Of a DNA stretch of 64,000 nucleotides, positions 40,681-52,149 are shown piece by piece. The notes under the pieces were generated by a model. It saw only the letters and a list, made by a program, of their open reading frames with translations, was not told the origin of the DNA and did not search any database. Source of the DNA: Camelus ferus (taxonomy: Eukaryota); assembly GCF_009834535.1 (NCBI RefSeq), contig NC_045697.1:117988001-118052000 (forward strand), read 5' to 3'. Both the position numbers and the translations under genes were made by a program. Position 1 is the stretch's first letter, and each line of letters starts with the position of its first letter.

Positions 40681-41296
40681 TTTGCTTTACCTTTAAAAGT
40701 CTCTTATACTGGCATTTGTGTGTACAACACATACTCTGGAAGCCAGGGTGTGTTAGGAGCATTTATTACGTTGTTGAAACACAAACCCTTGGCTTTTTGA
40801 TATCCTTGTTGGCTAAGAGCACATCTGTTGAAATATTTTTTTAACATACTACAAAGTAAATTGTTATACTTGTTATACTTGTTATAAATGCAAATTACAA
40901 GATACAAAACCAGGGGTGGTAGTAATTAACTCTGCTATGGGAAATGGGAAAGGAAGGATTCAGGTGATTTCTGCATTAGGTTTTGATGGAGGAATAGGAG
41001 TTTATCAAGCCAGCAAGTTGCAAGAGGGCATTAGAAGTGGAGATCAAGAAATGTACAAGTGCCATGATTTTTCATTCCCTTAATAATTTCATAGAATATT
41101 TATTTAGCATTTGGAAAAGGTGTGACCTTAACAGCTAGGGTTACAGGAGAAGATATGCTGATATAAAGACAAACAACAAAAGGGCTGATTCTTTACAAGG
41201 ACAGGTGTCAGGTCCCCTGGGGGTTACACCAGGAGGTCCTAACCTGGTCTGCTGTCAGGTTCTCTTGAGGATGGCACACTTAAGTTGGCGCACCTA

Positions 41297-41993
41297 TCCA
41301 ATGGCCCAGTCACTCCTGTTCGCCTCTACCTTCAAAGTATCCAGAATCACCACCGCGGTACCACTGCCGGCACCAGGCAAAACCGCCATCTTTCACGTGG
41401 ATGCTTGCCCTCGTCTCCCTCCCACCTGCGGCCTGTTCCCAGCGCAGCAGCCCGAGGGATCCTGGTGACCCTGGAGTCAGTTAGGACACTTCTCAGCCCA
41501 AAGCTCCCTCGTGACCCCTGTCTCACTCAGAGTCGAGTCAGGCTGTTCGCAGGGTCCGCTGGGAGCCCCCTCGGGCATCCGGTCCGTCCCCTCTGGGTGG
41601 CCCCTGATGCTCCCTCCCTGCCTTCGCTCGGCCCATCTGCCGTCCTTGCACGTCCTCAAACGCGGCATCTCCTGCACGGTCTCTGCGACTGTTCTCTCCG
41701 CCTAGAAAGCTCTTCCTCCAAGACGCGTGGGTCCCCCCTCCCCGCGCCCCGCAGATGTTTCCTCCAGTGTCGTGACCGCTCTGTGTGAGCCATCCCCGCC
41801 GTCTCCGTGCTCCGTCCCGCCACCCAGCATTACTGCTGCCACAGCACGTAGGGCCATCTGACACACTTCGAGTGATTTCGTTACCTGCTGCCTCTGTCCC
41901 TTTCCCCAAGCCCCCACTCGTCACCCCCAGTCTTCGCGGTGCGGGGACAGTGGGCCCTCTGAGTGCTCGCGGAGCCGGTGGGTGAGGACGTGA
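41297..41993 (+). mobile_element. L2a 3' region, strongly GC/CpG-enriched
   Basis: Colinear L2a anchors: ctctaccttcaaagtatccagaatc; gcagcagcccgagggatcct; tctcactcagagt; ctgttctctccgcctagaaagctcttcctcc; ccatctgacacact. Confidence 0.8.
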
Positions 41994-42308
41994 GGTGCGC
42001 GGGCTGGGTCAGCTCTGGACACGGGAGATGGAGGCTTCCAGGCAGAGGGGACTGCCCATTCATTGGCTCTGAAATGGAAAAGGCATCGTGAGCGAAGGGA
42101 TGAAGGCAATGCTGCGGGGACAGAGCACAGAAGGCACAGGAAACTTGTGACCAGACACCTTTTCTTCCTTCCTCGGCGATCCTACTGCAGTGATTAAAAC
42201 TGAGATTCCCTGACCGTGTTTCAGACTCTGTGATGAGAGCTGGGCGGGGCCTCGGGATTATAAAACAACCAGATCACAGCTCTGCAGCAGAATGTTTTGC
42301 ATGAAGTT

Positions 42309-42462
42309 GGGGAGGGTACAGCTCAGTGGTAGAGTGCATGCCTGGCACGCACAAGGTCCTGGGTTCAATCCCCAGTGCTTCTATTAAAATAAATAAATAA
42401 ATAAAAACCGAATTACCTCTTTCACCAAAAAGAATTAAATAAAAATTTTTAAAAAAAGAAGA
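42309..42462 (+). mobile_element. tRNA-Ala-derived SINE (Vic-1-like)
   Basis: gggtacagctcagtggtagagtgcatgcc...gggttcaatccccagt; TSD-like agaatgttttgc (42289-42300) / agaatattttgc (42463-42474). Confidence 0.93.
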
Positions 42463-43930
42463 AGAATATTTTGCTCATATAGGAATTCTGCCTCTTTGTG
42501 CTGATGTGGTGGATGCAATCAGCTTTCCTGGGTAACTCCATATTCCTATTTGATGGTGAATGCCCTTTGGGGGATGAATCGGTTAGGTTGCTAAAATGGA
42601 AAATGTGGCTTCCTTCATCTGCATTTTTCTTCTGTCCAATTTCAGAGACTGTCCTTTTCTCCTATTTTGCAGTCAACGTCTGCAAGCATTTTTGAAATGG
42701 ATCAAAATACTATTTTCTCTTTCCTTGGCCATGAGGTTCTTTCTTTGGCTGTTTTTTTCAGGCAGCCCAAGGGCTTACCTTCCAGGAGCCGGCTGCCTGA
42801 GCTGAGTGCTGAGTGCCGAGTGCCTGCTGTGTGGGGTGGGGACCAGAACTCAGGGCCCTTCCCAGGGACCACTGGGCTTGGTCTGACCACCAGCATCCTC
42901 AACACGAAATGGAAAGTTCACTTTTGAAAAACACACGTAGTGAAAGGAAAACTTCTTTTTATTTAAACATGGGAATAAAACATAAAAGGCAATCTCTTCC
43001 ACCCACCCCTCGCAACAAGAAGGCCACTGAAATGGCTGAATTACAGGAAAAATAAAATGTATACATTTGCTTAAGAGTGATGCTAAAAGGAAATATACTG
43101 AAAACTTTGAGTTCCACCATATTATTACTTATAAAAATGCTTATTGGCTCCTTTCTGTGAACTTAATTTCCACGAAGCAAAAAATTCTTTGACTTGGAAC
43201 TAATCAAGCCAAGAGGAGCTGGAGAAACCAAAGACATTGAACACTAGTCCTAATTTTTGTAGTCTGACCCTGAAGACTGTCAGTGGGATAGGTGTCCGTG
43301 GGAGGGAACGTGGTTGGCAGGGCCAAGGCCAGGGAAGAGCGAACGGAAATCTGGCTTTAGGGAGGTGCGGTGTTAGTTCAATGTGCCTTAACTCAAGGAT
43401 TGGCAAAGGTGACCTCCTTTCTGACAAATTGCTGTGCTCAAAAGTCAAGCAGTGCACCTGGGCATCCTGATATGCCAGGTAAGTAATCTGTGGATGGCTG
43501 GATGTTGCAGCTGTGAGATTCACACATCGGGTGAGTGAAGTCTCTCTGCAGTGTGAGGGCGTAGTTCTGGGCAAGTCCGCCAGCATCTGGGAAGAGCTGG
43601 AAGACCAGTAGGAATGACAGTGTAAAGCAGGAAAACAAATTAGGGGCTGAGGTTTGGGGCTGGTGGGAGGAGAGGTTGCTATGAATGACAACATAATGGG
43701 AGGGCTGAAAAGCTCATCTCTGAGAAAAATCACAGTCAGGGAGGGTGGATGTCACAATCAAATCTCCTTTTTGTTTGTTTTTCTTTCACAAGCAATTCCA
43801 GGACAAGTTACTAGGACAGTACAGAGAGGCACAGGATGAAAAGCGGAAGTTTTGTAACCTGTTCTGCTGCCCAGAAGTCATGATTTCCTTTTCCTCTTCT
43901 GACATAACACGTGTTTAAGAAATACTCTCT

Positions 43931-43960
43931 GTGCTTGCTTCGGCAGCACATATACTAACA
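43931..43960 (+). pseudogene. RNU6: 3'-truncated U6 snRNA retropseudogene (U6 nt 1-30)
   Basis: gtgcttgcttcggcagcacatatactaa matches the U6 5' end GTGCTCGCTTCGGCAGCACATATACTAA with 1 mismatch; 14-bp TSD aagaaatactctct (43917-43930) / aagaaacactctct (43961-43974). Confidence 0.93.
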
Positions 43961-45087
43961 AAGAAACACTCTCTGATGTTGCCTAATGTGTGGAGACTTA
44001 AGTGTTGTACATACACTTAAAGGAATAACCGAGAGGAAAATCTTCAACATCATCATCATGAGAATAGTAATCGTGGTGTTAGAAGCAAAGAGGGTGGAAT
44101 GGGCAGAAAGGTGTCTGATTGTTATTCTTCACAGCACTAAGTCCGTGGATAAGATTTGGAGTCTGCAGACCAGGTTTTAGAGGTGAACTCTAATCACGTG
44201 GTTATATGAACATCATACCCAGGGAAACTGTACGTCAGTTGCTGTAGATGGAGTTGTGTTTGGAAACCAAGGTGGGACTGGAGTGGGGACAGGAGAAGGA
44301 GACCTGGATTGAGGGGTCAGTGTGGAGGCAGCAGCGGCGGGAAGGTGACATGAACACAAGATCTCGGTCTGTGACGGCAAAACTGGGGGTCAGGGGAGGG
44401 GTGAGTCTTGGGGAAACTGTGGAAGTAGAGTTTTAGGAGGTGTTGGAACTGAAAGACCAGGGGATTGAGAAGCTCATCTGGGCAGAAGAGGACATGGCTC
44501 GAGATGCTAGGAAAACAGAGTGGAGGAAAGAACAACACACTTGGAGTCTCACTTCAGACCTGCTGAGATGTAAAGGAGTGACCTGCAGTCCAGGACAGCG
44601 CAGACGGATGTGGAGAAGGGTGATGAATCCAAAGCCAGTTCCCGTTGCTAAAAACGGGAACTGGGGACCAGAAACAGTCCAGCCCCGTCACTCAGATCTC
44701 AGAGGGCAGACAGAAGGTGGCAATGCTTCTCTTTGAAAGTTACAGGAAAGCTGCTAGTTATTGCATCAGCTGCACTAATAAAGTAGACGATGCTTGCAAA
44801 CTGAGATGCCTGCGGTGTCCGGAACCACAGCTCTGGAGTGCACGGAGCGGCTGCTCAAGTGCCTGGAGCGGGGACCAGGGCTGGGGGAGGAGGGAGCAGG
44901 GCTGGCTTAATCTGGAGAGAGGGGACCGCAGGGCAACATGTGATGCACGTGAATTAGGAATCAGAAAACTTGACCTGTACTCCAAACATGATCTGAGTGC
45001 TTTGCTAAAAATGTTCCATGTATATACAGCATTTACTTATATTTAATGTTATTCATGGATTATTCACTTAATCATTCCCTGATTTCT

Positions 45088-45315
45088 CTTTTTTTTTATT
45101 GAACTATAGTCAGTCTACTATGTTGTGTTGGTTTCTGGTGTACAGCATAGTGATTCAGTTATGCAGGTCTATATACATATATTCGTTTTCATATTCCTTT
45201 TCATTATAGGTTATTACAAGATATTGAATATAGTTCCCTGTGCTGTACAGTAGGTCCATATTGTTTATCTACTTTATATATAGTAGAGTGTATCTGCAAA
45301 TCCCAAACACCCAAT
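45088..45315 (-). mobile_element. Short L1 3'-end fragment (cetartiodactyl type)
   Basis: Homologous to 12704-12920 and 21667-21900; TSD-like ctgatttct (45079-45087) / ctgaattct (45316-45324). Confidence 0.9.
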
Positions 45316-47887
45316 CTGAATTCTTAATAATCTTACCTTTAATATTGCAACACTTTTTTACTTAACTCCCCTAGACTTTGGAGGGGTGCACGTGTACGCA
45401 GACATGCCCTGTAACTACCCTAAGAAATGAACTCAGTGACCTTTTACACCGGTAGGCAGACATTTTACTAGGTATTTGCAAATTGCTTTTCTTTAAGCTC
45501 TGTAGATTAATGAATAAAAATACTTAAAAGATTTTCATTGAATTCAGCTACGTTTTCTTTTCTCAATGTGATTTCAGTCTTTCCAAGTCTGAAGTTTATA
45601 GCTTTGGCGCCACTGAATTTACACAAGCGAAAAGAAAAATCTTAACAGTATTTTTTTATATATATAACTGGAGAAGCATATTTTTTCTAGGTTCACATAA
45701 CTCACAAATAGCCAGACAGCTTTTCCTTAAGCTTTCAAAAGAAATTCCATTTTAGACTAGACACTAATGTGGAAAATTCGAGGCCAAATGATTTGGCTTC
45801 TTAAAGTCTTATAACTAAGAGAGAGAGACAGACAGACAGACACAGAGAGACACAGAAAGAAACAGAGAGAGAAAATGGGGGTGGGGGAGGCAGGCAGAGA
45901 CAAGGAGGTAAAGTAATCAGTTGAAATACTTTTCTGAATCATTCCTCTAAAGTTTATATATATATATGTATATTTTAACATTTACTTTCCAGTTATATGA
46001 GGTCCTTAGAGTACTTATGGGACCACAATTTGCTTAAGGCATAATGCATGTTTTTAATTTGAGTAGAATAATTATTTTTGTTTCTGGAAAGTATACAGGT
46101 GACTACTTTCTCTGGATTATACCACTAAGATGCGACTTTTGGTCAAAGTTTGAAGCAAAGCAGAAGTGGCCACATGAATATACATTACTTCAACACTCAA
46201 CATTCACAAAACGTTGGGGGGAAAAGTGAAAAAGCAAAGACCAGCCTCCCCAGACGCAATTCCCTCTGTGGGTCGAGCTCCCGTGGACTTCAAAGAGTTT
46301 ACTGCTCAAAAGCCAGACTTCCAGTTCAGGGGGAAGGAGTGAAAACCAGCTGCCGATTGCCAATTACAGAGGCTCAGCCAATTTCTCCAAACTTGGAAGT
46401 GGTCCTCTTTGATTTTTTATCAGCAAAAAATGTCTGGAATGACAGGACACACTTCTCAAGTTTTTCACTTCTCTGCCTTTGTCCAGACTAACATAGGTTG
46501 GAAACACGGGGTTGTCACTAAACGTGTCCCAAAGGTAACGTATAGACGTGAAGTGTTCATCTCTGTATCTGCTTCAGGGACAGCTAAACTTTTTAAAGGA
46601 ATTCTAGGTATTTACTAAAATCAGAGCATTTTAGGCTTTGAAAGCTTTTGGCAATTACAGTGTCAAGTCAGTGTGCTCTACAGTAGAAGACGTTTGAGGT
46701 GTGTTTTGACCTGCGTCTCACACTTTTTCTTCCTGCCTGGGTGTCATATACCTCCTGACTGCTCTCCACCAGAGAAGGAGGGTCCTCAAACATCCTCACC
46801 AACCACTTTCTTTGCATTTTTCAGCCAGTTACTTGACCACAGTAGGAACAAAAAGGTGAACTTGGGCAACATGCCACAGAGAATAAGGCTCGTCTTGATG
46901 GAAACCGTCACCAAGGGAGTACCGCACAGCCAAGAGTGTGTTCTGCTTTCCTCTTTGGAACATAAATCCCTATGGAGGGGCCAAAGAAACCTAAATGATA
47001 AACCCAAGCAGCCCTGGATAGACGACAAGGATAAGCATAATCTTTGTAGACTGCTTGTCTTGTTTCCCATCACATTTGCTGGATGAAGCATGCTAGAGAG
47101 AATTTTTTGGAGTAATTTATCAATAGTGCAGTTAAATGTCAGTGTGTCCCACTGCATTTTATTTTTGTTTTTGTTTTTTGTAGAAATAGCTCTAGGAGGT
47201 TTTGGTGCCGTTCCTATTGTGTCCTGAGAGTCACAGTTAGTACTCATTCTGATGCCAAGTGGTACCCAGGCCCCACCATGACAGCTGTGGTTGGCAGGTC
47301 ATTTTATGAATCTTGGAGATGGATGGACTGTCAGTGATCATTGCCCCAAGTGTCCAAATTATCCAAAGCTGGGTTTGCGGGTTGTGACACTGGTTTATTA
47401 TCAATATAATCTACGTTTTCTTCCTAGTGCTTCTGTGACACTAAAAATTTGGTTACAAAATTTAAAAACTGATTTTTAATCCAATTACCCAAATACTCAA
47501 GAATCCTGAAATGTTGTTGGTATGACAGATTAGTGCTAGAAAATGATTTTGTTAAAAAAAACAGTTTTGTGTATGGGGCCTACTTGAAACCTAATACAAT
47601 CTGTACTTTAAAAATATATACATACAACTACAACTTATATATGCTCGATATTGTATATAACATAATACGTAAAAATATACAAAATGAGATATTGAATTGA
47701 GTACATTGGTTAAATTCCAGTGTTGTGTAATAGACCCAACATTGCTTTCATGTTACTTACAAAGTCTCTCTTTCTCCGTCTTTGTTAGACCAGATACCAC
47801 TTCTCTTAAAGAATCATTGTAAGGACTAGGTCTCCTATGTGCTATGTGTTCGTGGTCACACTTTTGTTTCTACATAAACAATGCTTT

Positions 47888-47996
47888 CTTAAAAATATAT
47901 TTTTATTAAAGTATAATCAGTTTACAATGTTGTGTCCATTTCTGGTGTGCAGCACAATGACTGGGTAAAGACGTTGTGGTATATGTATAAAAAATT
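47888..47996 (-). mobile_element. Miniature 5'-inverted L1 insertion
   Basis: Minus-strand L1 3' end (47888-47959) joined to a plus-strand ORF2 C-terminal piece (atgactgggtaaagacgttgtggtatatgtata); TSD caatgcttt at 47879-47887 and 47997-48005. Confidence 0.85.
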
Positions 47997-48869
47997 CAAT
48001 GCTTTTGAACAAAATAAAGCAGTGTTTGAGGTGTTTATATTAAAACAGAACTGTATTAAACACACACACACGTGCACACACCTGTAGGGCTTTCAAGTAG
48101 ATTTGTTCAATCAGTTTAGAACTACAGAAGGCATTGAAATGAAAGGAAATCATTGGTTATGTGGATGAGTTTCAAAGATGAGGAGCTATTGGTGGGTAAT
48201 TATCAATAAAGGAATGGCTATTGGGGGTATTATATGGCTTGGCCCTTTGTGATTCTTTTTTTTTTTTAACCACTTACCATTCTCTGCTTGTCTGACATTA
48301 TCACAGTCAACCATTCGGTTGTGAAAAAAGCTTCCATAAATCGACACTCCCAGATCTTAGAATTTTTGGCCACCTGTATTTTAGGCACACAGGGGGAAGA
48401 GAGAACCTTTATGAAACGATGGTGCCAGGTTTAATTTGTTTGGTGCCAATTCTATAAGAATGGAGCATTCGAATCCATAGGGAAATCCTGTCTTTGGAGC
48501 TTTTGCCTGGGACCATGTTCATTAATGACATCCCTGCAGCTCAGAGTTACCTTTGGGTTCTCTGTCTCTCCACACGCCTCCTCCTGACCTTATCCAGCCC
48601 TGTGGCTATAAACCTGTCCTGTGTGCTGGGACTCAGGTGTCTATGTCCAGCCCCAGCTTTCCTTGAAAGATCTAATGCCTTCGTCCAACCACTGAGGAGT
48701 CATCTTCCGCTGGGTGTCTAGATGTCGGTAATTAACCTGGTCACGTCTTCATCTAATCTGCTAACTTTATGGCCTTCCCTTATCTCAAAGGGGAAAAAGC
48801 CTATTCTACAGGTTGCTTGGGCAAAACAATTTGAGTTACTATTTATTTCTTTAAAAAAAATCTCATTCT

Positions 48870-49522
48870 TACTAGGCAATCCACCAGCAAACCATTCTGG
48901 CTTTTCCATCAAAATAAATCCAGCATTAGGTCACTCCTACTCCTATTATCTCTGCAGATAGTTCAATAGCTGCCTAATGAGTTTTTCCCTTTCACAGCAG
49001 TCTGATTTTCAGAAAAGTTTGAATTTTAAAACTTGAGTGAGATTGGGTCACTCCTCAGCTTAAAACCTTGTAAATTTCTATTTCATCCTGAGTGAAAGCA
49101 AGAGTTTTCACCACAGATGCCCAGGTCCTATGTGATCTTCTTCTCCATCCCTGTTGCTCCTCACACAGGCCGGACATGTTTCTGCCTCAGGGCCTTTTCA
49201 CCTGCCCCCCTCTGCCTGAAATATCCTTCATCCCAGCCATGGGCAGATAGATGCCTGCCTGACTGACTCATGCCTCCACTCAGCGCGGTGTCCTCCGACT
49301 CCCGTACCTGAATGCCTCCACCTCCATTGTCATACTCTGTGCTGTTACTTGACTTTTCAAATATCTTTTTACCACCATCTGGTATAAGAGTCTGTATTTC
49401 TTCACTAGAATAAAAGTTCCACAGGCATCTGGATTTGTTCTGTTCTCCAGTATAACTTCCAAGTCTAGAAGGGTGTGTGGTCTTCAGTAGGCAGTCAGTA
49501 AATACCTGTTGACTTAAATTAA
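48870..49522 (+). mobile_element. L2a 3' region
   Basis: gtcactcctcagcttaaaacct; tgcctcagggccttt; cactagaataaaagttccacaggc; gtaggcagtcagtaaatacctgttga. Confidence 0.8.
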
Positions 49523-50809
49523 CTACATTGTTTTAATGCCATTTGTAAAGTCCTATTGAATACTAAAAGTATTCCAAAGATTGCTGTGACAACAAGAAGA
49601 AATAAATACCTTTTTCAACTTCTCTTTTACAATAGAACAGACATGCACTTTTTCCCTGGTAAACACAATAAGTGGTCTTAATTCAACCGAAGCTGTTCCT
49701 GTTGGCAAAGGAAAGCTTTCCGTGACAAACCCAGAGGCAACATGACCTCTAAAAAATTCCTTCCCTGTCCCTCATAGACAAAAAAAGGAATGATTCAAAT
49801 GAGCAAATTTTACTTTATGTCCAATTGGATGAAAACCTCCAATGGAAAATTGAGATAACTATGTTTTAAAATACTGAGAAGAGTCAGTGTATTCTGGTAT
49901 GTTTGGGATTTATTTCCCTTCAATAAGATAATTAATGATCATTGTATCAAATATATTATTTTATTTTTTTTTATGACAAGTGATTACAACTGACTAATTA
50001 AAATAGGAGCCCTATGATACATTCTGAACAAAAGAACAGCAAAATGTAATGGCAGCAGTTAAATGTGAATCATAGGCAGACACATACTATTCTGGTTCTT
50101 CTGAATAAATTTTCCTTTCAAGATAACTACTCTCTTTTCAGTGTCCAAAAATAAGACTTGTTTCTCATTACACATAGATACTTTAAATCAGGATCATAAA
50201 GAAACACCCTCATATAAGGAGTGAAAAAAACTATAAACATTATATCAGAACATTATAAAAAGCAAGAGAAATGTATTTTTAAACTTTTGTATTTCAGAGT
50301 TAAAATATATATTTGTTTGTTTGTTTGTTTTCTCATTTCTCTGCAACAGGCAACTTCTGAAAAAAATCCAGGAATAAAACAGCTTTGAGGTGTGAGGTCG
50401 CAATAACCTGATTTAGTGCAGAAGGTAAGCAGTCCAACCAGGGACCTGTTTCTGACACTCCACATTCTGGTTTTCAGATCAGAAAGGTACTTTCCTTTTC
50501 AGACACCTCCACACGCATGCCATGGGGTGTTTTGGATTCTGTTGCAGGACCGAGGTAACCGTGTCTCGGCGCTTACCCATGACTTCATCCAGAGAACCAA
50601 TGACAGTGGGGAGATTTACTATTCTTATGTAATGATATGCCACATACACGTGGAATTCAGCGTCCCAGGCTGCTCTGATGTTCCTTGTAGGCTCTTTTGT
50701 TCTGAATGCAGAGAGCAGAAGAGTTAAGAGATTTTAAGAACATGTAGAAACAATCCTAATGACTTCCAGGACATGAAGACATCATCTCAGAAGGGACTGA
50801 TTAATGTGT

Positions 50810-50985
50810 GATGGAGCCTGAAGACCTGGGTTCCGGGCTCAGCTGCGTCACTTCCTCATGACGTGTATGGATGATGCCCCCTCTGAGCCTACGCTGCCTT
50901 GTTGTCACCATGAGGACAGTAATCATTGTCTTACTCAAGTACATGTTGTTTTGAATAGTGAATAATAATAATAAATTATAATAAA
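50810..50985 (+). mobile_element. MIR SINE
   Basis: ggagcctgaagacctgggttcc...cctctgagcct...atgaggacagtaat follows the MIR layout. Confidence 0.6.
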
Positions 50986-52149
50986 AATAATAAAACATTT
51001 TAAACAAGTAATAGAACAGTGGTAAAATGCTAAGAAGAGTTTGCACATTCTTATGCAGATAAAATAAGAGTTCACTGCAGACCATGCAGGAAGAGATAAA
51101 GGAAACACCACAATTCCAAGTTGAATTATAAAGCCAACACGTAACTGGTAGAGTGAGGCACGCACAAAAGACAGCATAGACATGAACCATTTCTAGGGCT
51201 GGAAGCGAGACAATCCTGCCAACTGAGCTTGTTTCAAGTCGGTCAAGAGAAGTTCCTTTGCCGATGTTCGAACAGAGAATGTGTTTTGCACCCGAATGCT
51301 GGGGTCTTAGGCTGCGTGTCGCACAAGCAGAACTTGAGATAAGACGTCATGTCATGCCCTAGCCACCTGCTAGGAAAAGTTCCCTGACCAAAAGGAGTGG
51401 TCACGTAAGACGCAGAGAAGGGGTGAGGCAAAGATGTGCTTTCAAGTCAGGACCCTCCTGAGGGTCCCTGTGGCCGAATTCCTCAGCAGAGTTTGTGGGA
51501 TCCAGGAGGTCACCCTGGGGACTCGGGGTGGGGGAGCGGCGGTGGGGGGAAGTAAGAGAACTGGGCTGTCGGAGCACCAAGGATGGTGCCGGTGATACAC
51601 CACCTGCCACACACATCTGATAAACGGATTCAGATCCTATTTGTACCCAGGTGGTAGAGACGAACAGACATTCCTGAATATTCCTCCGTTCACCCCTCCG
51701 AACGTTCTAAGAAATATGCACAGACATCTATGATGACCCCGTTCTGAGGGCGGCTCTAAGGGTCCTTCGAAAGGGTGTGTTGGGGGTGGGGAGAGGGGGG
51801 CGGGGAGGACGGAATTCCCGGAGGATGAATAACAACAAGACTGATCATTCCGGTGCCTCCAGGGCTTCACCTGCTTCTAGGTATAGGTTACTGAAGACAA
51901 GCCAAGCAGGGAATGACCTTCACATGCTCCCTGGGTTTCAAATTGCGGTTCCATCCTCCGTTGCTGTGTGACGCCGGGCAAATTCCCCAGTCTCTCTGTG
52001 CCGCGGGGATGACTGCGTCACTGCTCATTTGCTTCTGTGGAGGCTAAGTGAGGCGAGACATTCAAAAAGAAAACAAAAACAAAAACAAAAAAACCCCCCA
52101 TACATATGAAAATGCCGTTTAACATCCTGACTGGGATCTACAGCAAGGT

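Noticed and set aside
40861..40886. Short tandem repeat (ttgttatac) x ~3
   Set aside because: Ordinary slippage duplication with no spacers.
41205..42109. Cluster of overlapping ORFs up to 167 aa
   Set aside because: By-product of high GC (few stop codons) within an L2 remnant; no recognisable domain.
43200..43733. 177-aa minus-strand ORF
   Set aside because: No recognisable protein family or supporting gene structure.
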